From assembly GCA_009379995.1 (NCBI GenBank), contig WHSR01000009.1:997-64996 (forward strand): 64,000 nt of DNA, in the 5' to 3' direction. Position numbers and translations under genes: made by a program. This stretch comes from Streptosporangiales bacterium (GTDB lineage: Bacteria > Actinomycetota > Actinomycetes > Streptosporangiales > WHSR01). The notes below the pieces were generated by a model that worked only from the letters and a program-made list of their open reading frames with translations, did not search any database and was not told the DNA's origin. Shown piece by piece: positions 36,481 to 45,907 of this stretch. Each line of letters opens with the position of its first letter. The stretch's first letter is position 1.

Positions 36481-36980
36481 ATGCTCAGACGCCGGCGGCG
36501 GCCCACGGCGCGACGTGCTCACCGAGCATCATCGCATCGAGGGCGGTGGGGGCTCATCGAGGTGTACGAGGGGTTGGCAGCCAAGGTGGGCACGGTGCAC
36601 GCCGCCCAGCGCCTGTCCGGGAGCGACTTCGACATCCTGGTCCGGCTGGCTCGGTCGCCGGAGCACGCGCTGCGGATGACCGACCTGGCCGCCCAGACGG
36701 GGCTGTCGACCAGCGGGGTCACGCGGGTCATCGACAGGCTCGAGCGTCAGGGCCTGGTATATGCCGCCAGCCCTACCACACCGACCGGCGTTTCTTGCTC
36801 GCCGTCCTCACCGACGACGGCCTGCGGAAGCTCGCCGGATACCTGCCGGCGCTCCTCGACGAGATCGATCGATCGTTCACCGGCCTGCTGGAGCCCCGGC
36901 AACTCGACGCGCTGCTGGACGCGTTGCGTACGGTGCGCGCGCACGCCCGTCCCGGCGCGGCCGCCGGAGCTGACGACTGA
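36481..36980 (+). pseudogene. MarR family regulator split between two frames (break near 36763-36768)
   Basis: Frame 1: ..FDILVRLARSPEHALRMTDLAAQTGLSTSGVTRVIDRLERQGLVYA. Frame 2: RQPYHTDRRFLLAVLTDDGLRKL..RTVRAHA. One extra C in GCCGCC restores ..GLVYARQPYHTDRR.. The start could instead be GTG 36562. Confidence 0.7.
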
Positions 36981-36995
36981 CGCCCGGCCCCGCGG

Positions 36996-38459
36996 CTAGG
37001 CGGAGGCGGGCGCGACGACCTCGACGGCGGTGAGCGGCTTGGTGACGTGCTCCAGGGTCTGGCGCTCGGCCCGTACCCCGAGGAACAGCTCGACAACACC
37101 GGCGGCGGCCATCAGCGCGGCACCGATCACATACCCAATGTTGATCATCGACGCCTCGCCGGTCGCGACAAGCTGACCGAACAGCACCGGGCCGGAGATG
37201 CCACCGGCCGCCGTCCCGATGGCGTAGAAGAACGCGATGCACAACGCCCGTGTCTCCATCGGGAAGATCTCGCTCACGGTGAGGTACGCCGAGCTGGCGC
37301 CGGCCGAGGCGAAGAAGAACACGATCGCCCAGAGGACGGTCTGGGTCACCGGGGTGAGGACGCCGGCCACGAAGAGCTGGCCGGTGATGAGCAACAGCGC
37401 CCCGGAGAGGATGTACGTACCGGAGATCATCTGTACCCGGCCGACCGTGTCGAACAGCGGCCCCAGCATCACCGGACCCAGGAAGTTCCCGATCGCGAAC
37501 GGGATCAGGTACCACGGCGCGGACGATCCCGGAACCCCGTAGAACGTCCCGAGCACCACCGCGTAGGTGAAGAAGACGGCGTTGTACAGGAACGCCTGGC
37601 CGATGAACAGGGAGAAGCCCAGGACCGCCCGCCTCGGGTACAGGGTGAACACGCTCTTGGCGATGAGCGCGAAGCCGACGCTCTTGCGCTGCTGGACCGT
37701 GATACTCCCGTCCGGCTCCGGCAGCTCGGCCACCTCGGCCTCCACCCGTCGTTCGATGTCCGAGACGATCTCGTCAGCCTTGTCCGCCCGCCCGTGGATG
37801 AACAGCCAGCGTGGGCTCTCCGGGAGGTTGCGCCGTACCAGCAGGATGACCACGCCGAGCACGGCGCCGAGCGCGAACGCGGCCCGCCAGCCGACGTCGT
37901 GGGGCAGGAACGCGGGGTTGAGCGCGACGATGCCCATCACCGCACCGAAAGCAGCACCGAGCCAGTACGACCCGTTGATCGCGAGATCCACCCGGCCGCG
38001 GTACCTCGCGGGTATCAGCTCGTCGATCGCCGAGTTGATGGCGGCGTACTCACCCCCGATGCCGGAGCCGGTCAAGAACCGGCATATGTAGAACCACCAG
38101 ACGTTGGGGGAGAACGCGGTCAGCGCGGTCGCCGCCAGGTAGATCGCCAACGTGAGAAGGAACAGCCGCTTCCGGCCGAACCGGTCGGTGAGCTGGCCGA
38201 AGACCAGTGCTCCCAGGCAAGCGCCGGCGATGTAGATGCCGGCGGCGATGCCGACCTGAGCGGGGTCGAGGTTGAGCCCGCTGCCCTCCTCGGTCAGCAC
38301 ACCCGCCACGACGCTGACGATGGTCACCTCGAGGCCGTCGAGGATCCATACCGCGCCCAACCCGACGACCACCATCCAGTGGAAGCGAGACCAGGGCAGC
38401 CGGTCGAGCCGCGCCGGTATCTTCGTAGTGACCTGCCCCACCGCGGCGTCCTCGCTCAT
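36996..38459 (-). CDS. MFS transporter (metabolite/sugar porter-like, 12 TM)
   Basis: Tail of the 1228-aa ORF from ATG 38459 (GGGAGG RBS): ..GQLTDRFGRKRLF..PESPRWL.. Confidence 0.9.
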   Translation of the reverse strand: MSEDAAVGQVTTKIPARLDRLPWSRFHWMVVVGLGAVWILDGLEVTIVSVVAGVLTEEGSGLNLDPAQVGIAAGIYIAGACLGALVFGQLTDRFGRKRLFLLTLAIYLAATALTAFSPNVWWFYICRFLTGSGIGGEYAAINSAIDELIPARYRGRVDLAINGSYWLGAAFGAVMGIVALNPAFLPHDVGWRAAFALGAVLGVVILLVRRNLPESPRWLFIHGRADKADEIVSDIERRVEAEVAELPEPDGSITVQQRKSVGFALIAKSVFTLYPRRAVLGFSLFIGQAFLYNAVFFTYAVVLGTFYGVPGSSAPWYLIPFAIGNFLGPVMLGPLFDTVGRVQMISGTYILSGALLLITGQLFVAGVLTPVTQTVLWAIVFFFASAGASSAYLTVSEIFPMETRALCIAFFYAIGTAAGGISGPVLFGQLVATGEASMINIGYVIGAALMAAAGVVELFLGVRAERQTLEHVTKPLTAVEVVAPASA

Positions 38460-38726
38460 CGAGTCGCCTCCCATCGCAGTGCACACGCTTGGTGACGTTT
38501 TGATCACTAACAGTTGCAGATGATCTCCCCCGGCTCGATCTACCGACTCGCTTGGACTAACCCGACGGATCACCATTTGGTTAGTTGGCCCCTCTTTTGC
38601 GGTGCAATGCGCGCGATCCGCTTGACGTCCCCACCCGGCGCCCGTTAAGAGAAGAAAGCTCGAATCAGAGCTACTCGAGCAGTCCGAGCGAGACGTACGG
38701 CGCTGAACCACGAAGCGGGGACCTCT

Positions 38727-41126
38727 TTGGGAGCGGATGGCGGCTTGGGCGGCTTCGGCACGGACGACGACACGGCGGGCTCCAGTTCCAGCCCTAACGA
38801 GCACAGACCAGGGACCCGGCGTCAGTTCCTTATCGGCTCGGGCATGGTCCTCGCCGCCGGCGGCAGCGTGGCGCTGAACCGGCCGGCGACGGCGACCACC
38901 CCGGCGACCCCCATGGGGACACCACACACGACGGCGCGCCATCGGCGGGAGCCGGCCCGTCGGGGACGGCCCAACTTCGTCGTCATCGTCGCCGACGATC
39001 TCGGGTACGGCGAGCTCGGCGCCTACGGTCAAACGAAGATTCAGACACCGAACCTGGACCGGCTGGCGACCGAGGGCACCCGTTTCACCGACTTCTACTC
39101 CGGCAGCCCGATCTGCGCTCCGTCCCGGTGCGCGATGTTGACAGGCCTGCACACCGGGCACTCCTCGGTACGCGCCAATCCCGGCGGCGACCCGGTGCGG
39201 GCCTCGCTGAGCCGCCGCGACGTGACGTTCGGCGAGGTGCTGCAGGCGGTGGGTTACCGGACCGCCTACCTCGGCAAGTGGGGATTCGGGCCGGAGCGGC
39301 CGGACCAGCCCAGTCACCCGAACGCCCGTGGCTTCGCCGAGTTCTTCGGCTACATCACCCACCGGCACGCCCACCGCTACTGGCCGACGTACCTGTGGGA
39401 GAACGACACGGTCGTGCGGTATCCGGAGAACGCGCTCGGCAGCCGGGTCCTCGCGGGGAAGGGGACGTACGCCCCCGACCTGTTCATCGACCGGGCGGCG
39501 CGGTTCCTGGAGCGCAACCGGGACCACCCGTTCCTGCTCGTGCTGAGCCTCAACCTGCCGCACGCCCCGCACCAGGTGCCGGACGTCGGGCCGTACCGCG
39601 GCCGGCCTTGGTCGTACGGGAACAAGGCGCACGCCGCCCAGATCACCCGGCTCGACTCCTACGTCGGGCGCGTCGTCGAGAAGCTCCGCGAACTCGGGCT
39701 GGACGAGAACACGCTGGTCTTCTTCGCGGGCGACAATGGGCCGCACGAGGAGGGCAACCGCGGCTACGATCCGCGCTCGTTCGCCGGGTCCGGCCGCCTT
39801 CGCGGGCTCAAGCGCAACCTCTACGAGGGTGGCATCCGGGTGCCCATGATCGCCTGGTCGCCGGGCATCATGCCCACTCCGACCGGCAGGGTCAGCGATC
39901 ACGTCTGGTCGCTGTGGGACCTGTACCCGACGTTGGCCGACTTCGCCGACGCGCCCACGCCCCCAGACCTCGACGGATTGTCGGCACGCCGCGCCCTCCT
40001 CGGTGAGTCTCCGGGCGCATCTGACCGGCATCTGTACTGGTGCCGGCCCGGTGGTACCCGGTTCCCGCTCGCGGACAGGGCCGACCGCGGGCGCTCGCTC
40101 GCGCTGGCCGAGGCGGCGCGGCAGGACCACTGGAAGGCCGTCCGCTTCGCGCCCGGCCGGGACCGCTACGTGGACGACGAGGAATGGACCGTCGAGCTGT
40201 ACGACCTGCGCGAGGACCCCGGCGAGACCACGGACGTGGCGGCGGAGCATCCCGATATCACCCGGACAATGGTCCGGCTCATGCGGTCGTCCTGGGAGGA
40301 ACCGCCGTTTCGGAGCGACACCTGGAGTCCGGAGGGGCTGTCGATCAACCCACCCGAGTTCCTTGTCGCCGGCAAGGCGGGGCGGGTCGGCACGGTCTTC
40401 ACGAACAACGGGCGCGGCACACGGCGCCGGGTACGGCTCGACCTCACCGTGCCCGACGGCTGGACGGCCGAACCGCTGTCGTCCACGACGTTCCGCGAGG
40501 TGGAGCCCGGACATTCGGTGCGGACTGTCTGGCGGGTCGTCCCGCCGGCCGACGCGGCACCGGACAAAGGCGAGCGCCGGCTGCGCGCGGAAGTGAGCTA
40601 CCGGCACGGATCGAGCCGAGAGCGGCACCGGCTGGTCGCACCGGCGACCGTGGCGCCACCTGCTCCGGCCAAGAACTCCCACCTGAGCGACCTGCCCTGG
40701 ATCTCGGCCACGAACGGCTGGGGGCCGGTCGAGCGGGACCGGATGAACGCCCGGCGGCGCTCCGGGGACGGCTCACGGATCAGCCTGCGCGGGCGGGCGT
40801 ACCGCAAGGGACTCGGCGTGCACGCGCCGTCGAGGGTCACTTACTACCTCGGCGGCAAGGGCTCCCGCCTGACCGCCACGGTCGGCATCGACGACTTCTC
40901 GGCCGCCCACAGCACGCTCGGCAGCGTGAACTTTCATGTCCTCGCCGACGGCAGGCAGCTCTACGACAGCGGACCGCTGACCGTCGCGACCGGGACCCGC
41001 AAGATCTCCGTCGACGTCTCCGGCGCGGACGTGCTGGAGCTGGTGGTAGCGCCCGCCGGGGACAACACCGGCTTCAACCAGGCCGCCTGGGCCGACGCCT
41101 TCCTGACGGTGCGCCGCCGCCGGTGA
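38727..41126 (+). CDS. Tat-secreted sulfatase (formylglycine type) with NEW3-like and C-terminal NPCBM carbohydrate-binding domains
   Basis: TRRQFLIGSG Tat motif. ..VVIVADDLGYGELG..SPICAPSRCAMLTG (C-x-P-x-R). C-terminus ..LSDLPWISATNGWGPVERD..GLGVHAPS..FHVLADG.. (NPCBM). Start codon uncertain. Confidence 0.85.
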   Translation: MGADGGLGGFGTDDDTAGSSSSPNEHRPGTRRQFLIGSGMVLAAGGSVALNRPATATTPATPMGTPHTTARHRREPARRGRPNFVVIVADDLGYGELGAYGQTKIQTPNLDRLATEGTRFTDFYSGSPICAPSRCAMLTGLHTGHSSVRANPGGDPVRASLSRRDVTFGEVLQAVGYRTAYLGKWGFGPERPDQPSHPNARGFAEFFGYITHRHAHRYWPTYLWENDTVVRYPENALGSRVLAGKGTYAPDLFIDRAARFLERNRDHPFLLVLSLNLPHAPHQVPDVGPYRGRPWSYGNKAHAAQITRLDSYVGRVVEKLRELGLDENTLVFFAGDNGPHEEGNRGYDPRSFAGSGRLRGLKRNLYEGGIRVPMIAWSPGIMPTPTGRVSDHVWSLWDLYPTLADFADAPTPPDLDGLSARRALLGESPGASDRHLYWCRPGGTRFPLADRADRGRSLALAEAARQDHWKAVRFAPGRDRYVDDEEWTVELYDLREDPGETTDVAAEHPDITRTMVRLMRSSWEEPPFRSDTWSPEGLSINPPEFLVAGKAGRVGTVFTNNGRGTRRRVRLDLTVPDGWTAEPLSSTTFREVEPGHSVRTVWRVVPPADAAPDKGERRLRAEVSYRHGSSRERHRLVAPATVAPPAPAKNSHLSDLPWISATNGWGPVERDRMNARRRSGDGSRISLRGRAYRKGLGVHAPSRVTYYLGGKGSRLTATVGIDDFSAAHSTLGSVNFHVLADGRQLYDSGPLTVATGTRKISVDVSGADVLELVVAPAGDNTGFNQAAWADAFLTVRRRR

Positions 41127-41151
41127 TGTTAGCCGCACGTCCGGCACAATT

Positions 41152-41162
41152 CTGCATGCATG
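41152..41162. promoter_or_regulatory. CTGCATGCATG palindromic motif upstream of the third TA pair
   Basis: TGCATGCA palindrome 13-22 nt upstream of GTG 41175. Same core as the 28878-28906 operator array. Confidence 0.35.
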
Positions 41163-41174
41163 TAAAATGCTGTC

Positions 41175-41432
41175 GTGGTCAACATCCAGATTCGGGAAGT
41201 CCCAGACCAAGTGAAGGATACCCTCGCTGAGGCGGCGAGAGCGCGAGGTCAGTCCATGCAGGTCTACTTGAGGAACCTCCTGGAAGAAGATGCACGCCGT
41301 GCTGGCAACGTCGCGATGCTCAAGCGGTTGCGCGGTATGGGCGGTGGCTATGTCGCGGCCTCTGGGGAAACCGCGCAGGAGCTTGACCTGATTCGCGCCG
41401 AGCGCGACCGCCGGAATGCCGGCGATGCATGA
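41175..41432 (+). CDS. vapB: Ribbon-helix-helix (FitA/VapB-like) antitoxin
   Basis: MVNIQIREVPDQVKDTLAEAARARGQSMQVYLRNLL.. Paralogue of 28626..28865. Confidence 0.85.
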   Translation: MVNIQIREVPDQVKDTLAEAARARGQSMQVYLRNLLEEDARRAGNVAMLKRLRGMGGGYVAASGETAQELDLIRAERDRRNAGDA

Positions 41433-41833
41433 TCGTCATCGACGCTTCTCTCACGGTCGACGCTCTCACCGACGACGGGCGCATGGGAGATCTCGCGCAG
41501 GCCGCCCTGGCGGCCGATCCCCACTGGGTGGCCCCGGAGCACCTTCGAGTGGAGGTGACCTCGGCGATCCGCGGGAGGTTGCTGGCGGGCAAGGTCGCCG
41601 ACGAGCGCGCCAACGAAGCCGTTCGAACGCTCAACCTACTCGTGATCACCTACGTGACATGGGAAGAGATCGCGGAGCGGGTATGGGAACTCCGGCACAA
41701 TCTCACCCCGTACGATGCCGTATACATAGCACTCGCCGAGGTGCGTGGCTGTCAGGTCGTGACCACCGACCAGAAGCTGCTCAACTGCTCTGCCCGCCGT
41801 TGCCCGGTCGAGGTTGTCGGCTCCGCCGCGTAG
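41429..41833 (+). CDS. vapC: PIN-domain toxin VapC
   Basis: MIVIDASLTVDAL..TPYDAVYIALAEVRGCQVVTTDQKL.. ATGA overlap. Confidence 0.9.
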   Translation: MIVIDASLTVDALTDDGRMGDLAQAALAADPHWVAPEHLRVEVTSAIRGRLLAGKVADERANEAVRTLNLLVITYVTWEEIAERVWELRHNLTPYDAVYIALAEVRGCQVVTTDQKLLNCSARRCPVEVVGSAA

Positions 41834-41868
41834 ACCGCAGAGGAGCGTAGACCGCAGAGGAGCGTAGC
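41829..41868. repeat. 17-nt tandem repeat CGTAGACCGCAGAGGAG x2.3
   Basis: Read directly. The first unit contains the vapC stop TAG. Each unit carries GAGGAG. Confidence 0.85.
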
Positions 41869-41873
41869 CCGAC

Positions 41874-42536
41874 ATGGCGTGCAATCCGCGGCACCGTACC
41901 GTGGCGGCGCCTCGGTACGACGTTCCGGAGGGTGAGGCCACCGAGAGGGTCCGTGCCTTCTATGAGCTGATGGAGCGGCGCCGTACCGTGCGCGACTTCT
42001 CCGACCGTCCGGTGCCCTGGGAGGCGGTCGAGACAGCGATCCGGGTGGCGAGCACTGCGCCCAGCGGCGCGCACATCCAACCGTGGCGGTTCGTCGTCGT
42101 CGCCGATCCCGAGCGCAAGCGGGCGATCCGCGAGGGCGCGGAAGCCGAGGAACGCGCCTTCTACGGGTCCCGGGGGTCGGAGGAGTGGTTGGAGGCCCTG
42201 GAGCCGCTGGGCACCGACTGGCGCAAGCCTTTCCTGGAGACCGCCCCGATCGTCATCGTGGTGTTCGAGGTCCACAAGGGGCCGAACAGCCCTCGCCCGT
42301 ACTACGTGAAGGAGTCGGTGGGGATCGCTGTCGGCTTCCTCATCGCGGCGTTGCACCAGGCCGGGTTGGCGACGCTCACCCACACACCCAGCCCGATGAG
42401 GTTCCTGAACGAGATCCTGGGCCGGCCGCAGGAGGAACGGCCGTACGTGGTCATGCCGGTCGGCTATCCCGCCGACGACGCACGGGTGCCCGACCTGCGC
42501 CGCAAGCCGCTGGACGAGGTGCTGGTCAGGCTGTGA
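41874..42536 (+). CDS. Nitroreductase family protein (iodotyrosine deiodinase/BluB-like subgroup)
   Basis: ..RRRTVRDFSDRPVP..ASTAPSGAHIQPWRFVVV.. Confidence 0.85.
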   Translation: MACNPRHRTVAAPRYDVPEGEATERVRAFYELMERRRTVRDFSDRPVPWEAVETAIRVASTAPSGAHIQPWRFVVVADPERKRAIREGAEAEERAFYGSRGSEEWLEALEPLGTDWRKPFLETAPIVIVVFEVHKGPNSPRPYYVKESVGIAVGFLIAALHQAGLATLTHTPSPMRFLNEILGRPQEERPYVVMPVGYPADDARVPDLRRKPLDEVLVRL

Positions 42537-42690
42537 GCACCCAGCGATGTGGGGATCAACGCCAGTGCCAACTCCTTGACCCTCAGCTTCCTTATGCCGA
42601 TGCTGTGGTTGGTCAACGCGGGCGTGTTCGGCCTCGTCTTCGCCGTTCTGTCCGGCGCGAACCCCCCGCGTAGGATCCCGGCCTAGTGCC

Positions 42691-42906
42691 CTACCCGCAG
42701 CCGCAGGCGCCGCCGCAGCAGCCCCCTGAGGGCCCTTCCGACGGGCCAGCGGAGCCACTCCTCCCGCCAACGGACACGGTGGACAGCAGCTTGACGGTGT
42801 CGTCGTGACCGTCCGGACAGGTCGCGGGCGCGTCGGACTCGCTCATGGAGCGGGACAGCTCGAAGGTCGCCCCGCAGGAACGGCATCGATACTCATAGCG
42901 CGGCAC
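42691..42906 (-). CDS. FmdB-family zinc-ribbon protein with Cys/Gly-rich tail
   Basis: (V)PRYEYRCRSCGATFE..CPDGH.. and C-terminal GGCCGGACGCG. GTG 42906 is preferred over ATG 42933. Confidence 0.8.
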   Translation of the reverse strand: MPRYEYRCRSCGATFELSRSMSESDAPATCPDGHDDTVKLLSTVSVGGRSGSAGPSEGPSGGCCGGACGCG

Positions 42907-42945
42907 ACCAAGAGGGTACTTCGGCCGCGGCACCGGGGGGAGTGA

Positions 42946-43995
42946 TCAGTCACGGGCGAGTGGTGCGCCGTCCGGCATGCCGTCGGCCGGACGCCAGGTG
43001 CGCAGGAACTCCTCGGCGACCGTACAGGCGCCGGCGTACGGGTCCTCTGGATGGCGCATGCTGGTATCGGTGAGCTCCTCGACGACATCCTCCACGGCGG
43101 CCCGTACGTCGTCGACGGAGCGGACCCGTCCCTCGCGCTCGGCCACGTACCCCATGGTCGCTCCGGCGTTGCAGACGAAGTCGGCCAGCGCCACTATGCC
43201 CCGGCCTCGCAGCGCGTCGAGCCCGGCAGCCGTGTACGGGACGTTGGCCGCCGGCGCGACCAGGCGAGCCCGTACGGCCGCCGCCCGCCGGGCATCCAGT
43301 ACGCCCGCGCGCGCACCGGGCACCAGCACGTCGGCCTCCGCCTCGTACAGCGCGGATGCCGGCGTCACCGGGAGCCCCAGGTGCTCGATGCACCCGTCGC
43401 CGTACGTCGCCCGCAGTCGCAGCAGGCGGTCGGCGTCCAGGCCGGAAGGATCGACGACGGCGCCGTGCACCGTCGAGACGGCAACTACTCTCCCGTCCCG
43501 CCGTACGGCCTCGGCGGCAGCGGCGCCGCCGACCTTGCCGAACCCCTCGATCGCCAGTGTGCGCCCGGCCAGCCCGCCGGCAGCCACCTCGGCCGCGACG
43601 ATCACGCCCAAACCGGTGACGAGCGCGTCCAGGGTGACGCCGTCGGCGCCCTCGACGTGCATCAGGCTCGGCGAGGACTCCAGGGTGAGGAAATCCTGGG
43701 TACGGGTGCCCAAGTCGGAGGCGGTGAGGAACTCCCCGCGCTCCACCATCGGCCGGATCTCCTCGCAGTACTTGGTGAGCACCGTCTCGCGGTCGGCCTC
43801 TCCGGAGCGGATCCCCGCCTTGGCGCCGCCCATCCGCTGCCGCAGCACCGCGAACTTGTAGGTCATCGCACGGGCAAGCAGCCCGGTCTCCTCCCGGGTG
43901 ACGTCGGGCACCATCCGGGTGCCGCCCGCGCTGATCGGACAATCCATGTCGAACGCAATGAACCCGTCGACCGTGCTCAGCTCGAGAAACCGCAT
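42946..43995 (-). CDS. Glu/Leu/Phe/Val dehydrogenase family protein
   Basis: ..GGTRMVPDVT..MGGAKAGI..IEGFGKVGGAAA..VPGARAGV..ANVPYT.. Confidence 0.85.
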   Translation of the reverse strand: MRFLELSTVDGFIAFDMDCPISAGGTRMVPDVTREETGLLARAMTYKFAVLRQRMGGAKAGIRSGEADRETVLTKYCEEIRPMVERGEFLTASDLGTRTQDFLTLESSPSLMHVEGADGVTLDALVTGLGVIVAAEVAAGGLAGRTLAIEGFGKVGGAAAAEAVRRDGRVVAVSTVHGAVVDPSGLDADRLLRLRATYGDGCIEHLGLPVTPASALYEAEADVLVPGARAGVLDARRAAAVRARLVAPAANVPYTAAGLDALRGRGIVALADFVCNAGATMGYVAEREGRVRSVDDVRAAVEDVVEELTDTSMRHPEDPYAGACTVAEEFLRTWRPADGMPDGAPLARD

Positions 43996-44077
43996 CCGCC
44001 ACCTCCCCGACCGTGGAATTGGGGCACCCCGATCGAGCCTAGACCGGCCGACGGGGTGCCCCGGTTACGATGGGATC

Positions 44078-44267
44078 TCAGGTGTCACAGCCGACGCCCG
44101 TCGCCGTCCCTGTCCAGGCCGTGCGGGTCGCTTCCGATAACTCGTACCGACCCGAGGATGTCGTCGCAGTCCACATCGGGAGGGTAGGGCGGCACGCAGC
44201 CGGAGTAGTTCGGATCGCAGTTACGGGCAGGGGGAGCAGGTGGCTTAGGCCCCGACTCGGTCCGCAT
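44078..44267 (-). pseudogene. Small Excalibur-like (DxDxDGxxC) Ca-binding domain protein with a 3'-terminal frame break
   Basis: ..NCDPNYSGCVPPYPPDVDCDDILGSVRVIGSDPHGLDRDGDG then RRL*. Removing one G of a GGG run gives the expected ..DRDGDGVGCDT* ending at 44078. Confidence 0.45.
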
Positions 44268-44683
44268 CCTGTTCCAAAATCGGTATTTCGGCCGGGGAGG
44301 CCCCGGTCACGGCCGGTCACGGCTGGTGACGGTGGCGGTACGCAGGGGATTGTCAGGAAACCGCTACCGTGATAGTAATCTGATAAAGAATCCAATCAGT
44401 CCTTCAGAGATACGGCCGAGACGGAGTGCAGACGACGGCAGGCGCGAATTCGCGGGTACGGTCCTCGCTCTTCAATCCGTCGATATTGTGGCCGCTGGCC
44501 TTTTGTAATCCCGTATGTCGCGGTATTCGGTATCCCGTTATCTACGGTCTGCTGCTGGGCCGGGAACCGTCGACCTACCGCTTCCTGTTCACCGATCCGA
44601 CCTACTCCCAGGCGGTAAAGAACACCCTGCTGTAGGTCGGCAACTCGCGGAACTGACCATGGGGACAGGGAGGTGACGGCAGG

Positions 44684-45907
44684 GTGAAGATCTCGGCAGT
44701 GCGCTGCGTCGAGTACACGGGCACCATGGACCACCAGAACGTCTTCTGGGAAGAGCGGCTGATCCGCCCGGTGGACATCTACCCGCAGTTCCGGGAGGAG
44801 GGTCCGTCGTGGCCGCTGGAGAGGGTCGGCACTGACGCCTACCGGCTGACGGAGGCGTTCGTGCACATCGAGACCGACGACGGCGCCTCCGGCACCGGCG
44901 GCTCGATCACCCGGGAGCAGGCGTACCTCATCGAGCGGAACATGGCGCCGCTGCTGCTCGACCAGGACCCGCTAGCCACCGAACGACTCTGGGACATCCT
45001 GTACCGGTACTGCGTGCACGGCCGCAAGGGCGTGGAGATGCAGGCGATCAGCGCACTGGACTGCGCGCTGTGGGACCTCAAGGGCCGCCACTTCGGGGTG
45101 CCGGTGTACGTGCTCCTCGGCGGGCCGGCCCGCGACGCGATCCCGGCGTACGCGTCGGCCCTCGGCTACTCGCTGGAACCCGACCGGGTGCGGGAGCGGG
45201 CCGCCGACATCGTCCGCCAGGGCTATACGGGGACGAAGTGGTTCCCACGGCACGGCCCGACCGACGGCATCGAGGGCATGCGGCGCAACGTGGAACTCGT
45301 CGCCACGTTGCGGGAAACGGTGGGGCCGGACGTCGACATCATGGTCGACGCCTGGATGTCCTGGGACGTGCCGTACACGCTGCGGATGGCGGACCTGCTG
45401 GCGGAGTACGGTCCGCACTGGCTCGAGGAGCCGGTGCTGCCCGACAAGCCCGAGTCGTACGCCGAGATCCGGCAGCGAATCGGGTACGGCGGCGCCGGTC
45501 CCCGCGCCGGCCGCATCCTGGTCGCGGGTGGCGAACACGAGTACACCCGGTGGGGCATCCACGGCCTGCTTCGCGCCGGCGCGGTGGACGTCTGCCAACC
45601 GGACACGTACTGGGCGGGCGGCATCAGCGAGATGCTCAAGATCGCGGCACTGGCCGGCGCGTACGACGTCCAGCTCATCCCGCACGGTCACTCGGTGCCG
45701 GCCAACGCCCACTTCAGCTTCGCCCAGCCGCCCACCCTGGTGCCCCTGCTGGAGTATCTGATCAAGTGGAACGCGCTGCGCCAGTGGTTCCTCAAGTACC
45801 CGGTGCACCCGGCGGACGGCGTGGTGACGCCGCCGCAGCGGCCGGGGCTGGGCATGGAGCTGGACGAAGACAAGATCGAGAGCAGACAGGAGCTGCGCTT
45901 CACATGA
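44684..45907 (+). CDS. Enolase-superfamily (mandelate racemase/muconate lactonizing) sugar-acid dehydratase, L-rhamnonate dehydratase-like
   Basis: ..AISALDCALWDLKG..PVYVLLGG..MVDAWMSW..LEEPV..GGEHEY..QPD.. Confidence 0.9.
   Translation: MKISAVRCVEYTGTMDHQNVFWEERLIRPVDIYPQFREEGPSWPLERVGTDAYRLTEAFVHIETDDGASGTGGSITREQAYLIERNMAPLLLDQDPLATERLWDILYRYCVHGRKGVEMQAISALDCALWDLKGRHFGVPVYVLLGGPARDAIPAYASALGYSLEPDRVRERAADIVRQGYTGTKWFPRHGPTDGIEGMRRNVELVATLRETVGPDVDIMVDAWMSWDVPYTLRMADLLAEYGPHWLEEPVLPDKPESYAEIRQRIGYGGAGPRAGRILVAGGEHEYTRWGIHGLLRAGAVDVCQPDTYWAGGISEMLKIAALAGAYDVQLIPHGHSVPANAHFSFAQPPTLVPLLEYLIKWNALRQWFLKYPVHPADGVVTPPQRPGLGMELDEDKIESRQELRFT

Noticed and set aside
42596-42688. 30-codon hydrophobic ORF (MPMLWLVNAGVFGLVFAVLSGANPPRRIPA) between the nitroreductase and fmdB-like genes, considered as a small membrane peptide or RiPP precursor
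   Set aside because: There is no RBS, no adjacent maturation enzymes, and it is too short to judge. It cannot be supported from sequence alone.
44426-44635. 69-aa ORF in the low-GC island as a real gene
   Set aside because: GC3 is ~74%, well below neighbouring genes. There is no RBS and no recognisable family. It was kept only as part of the island observation.
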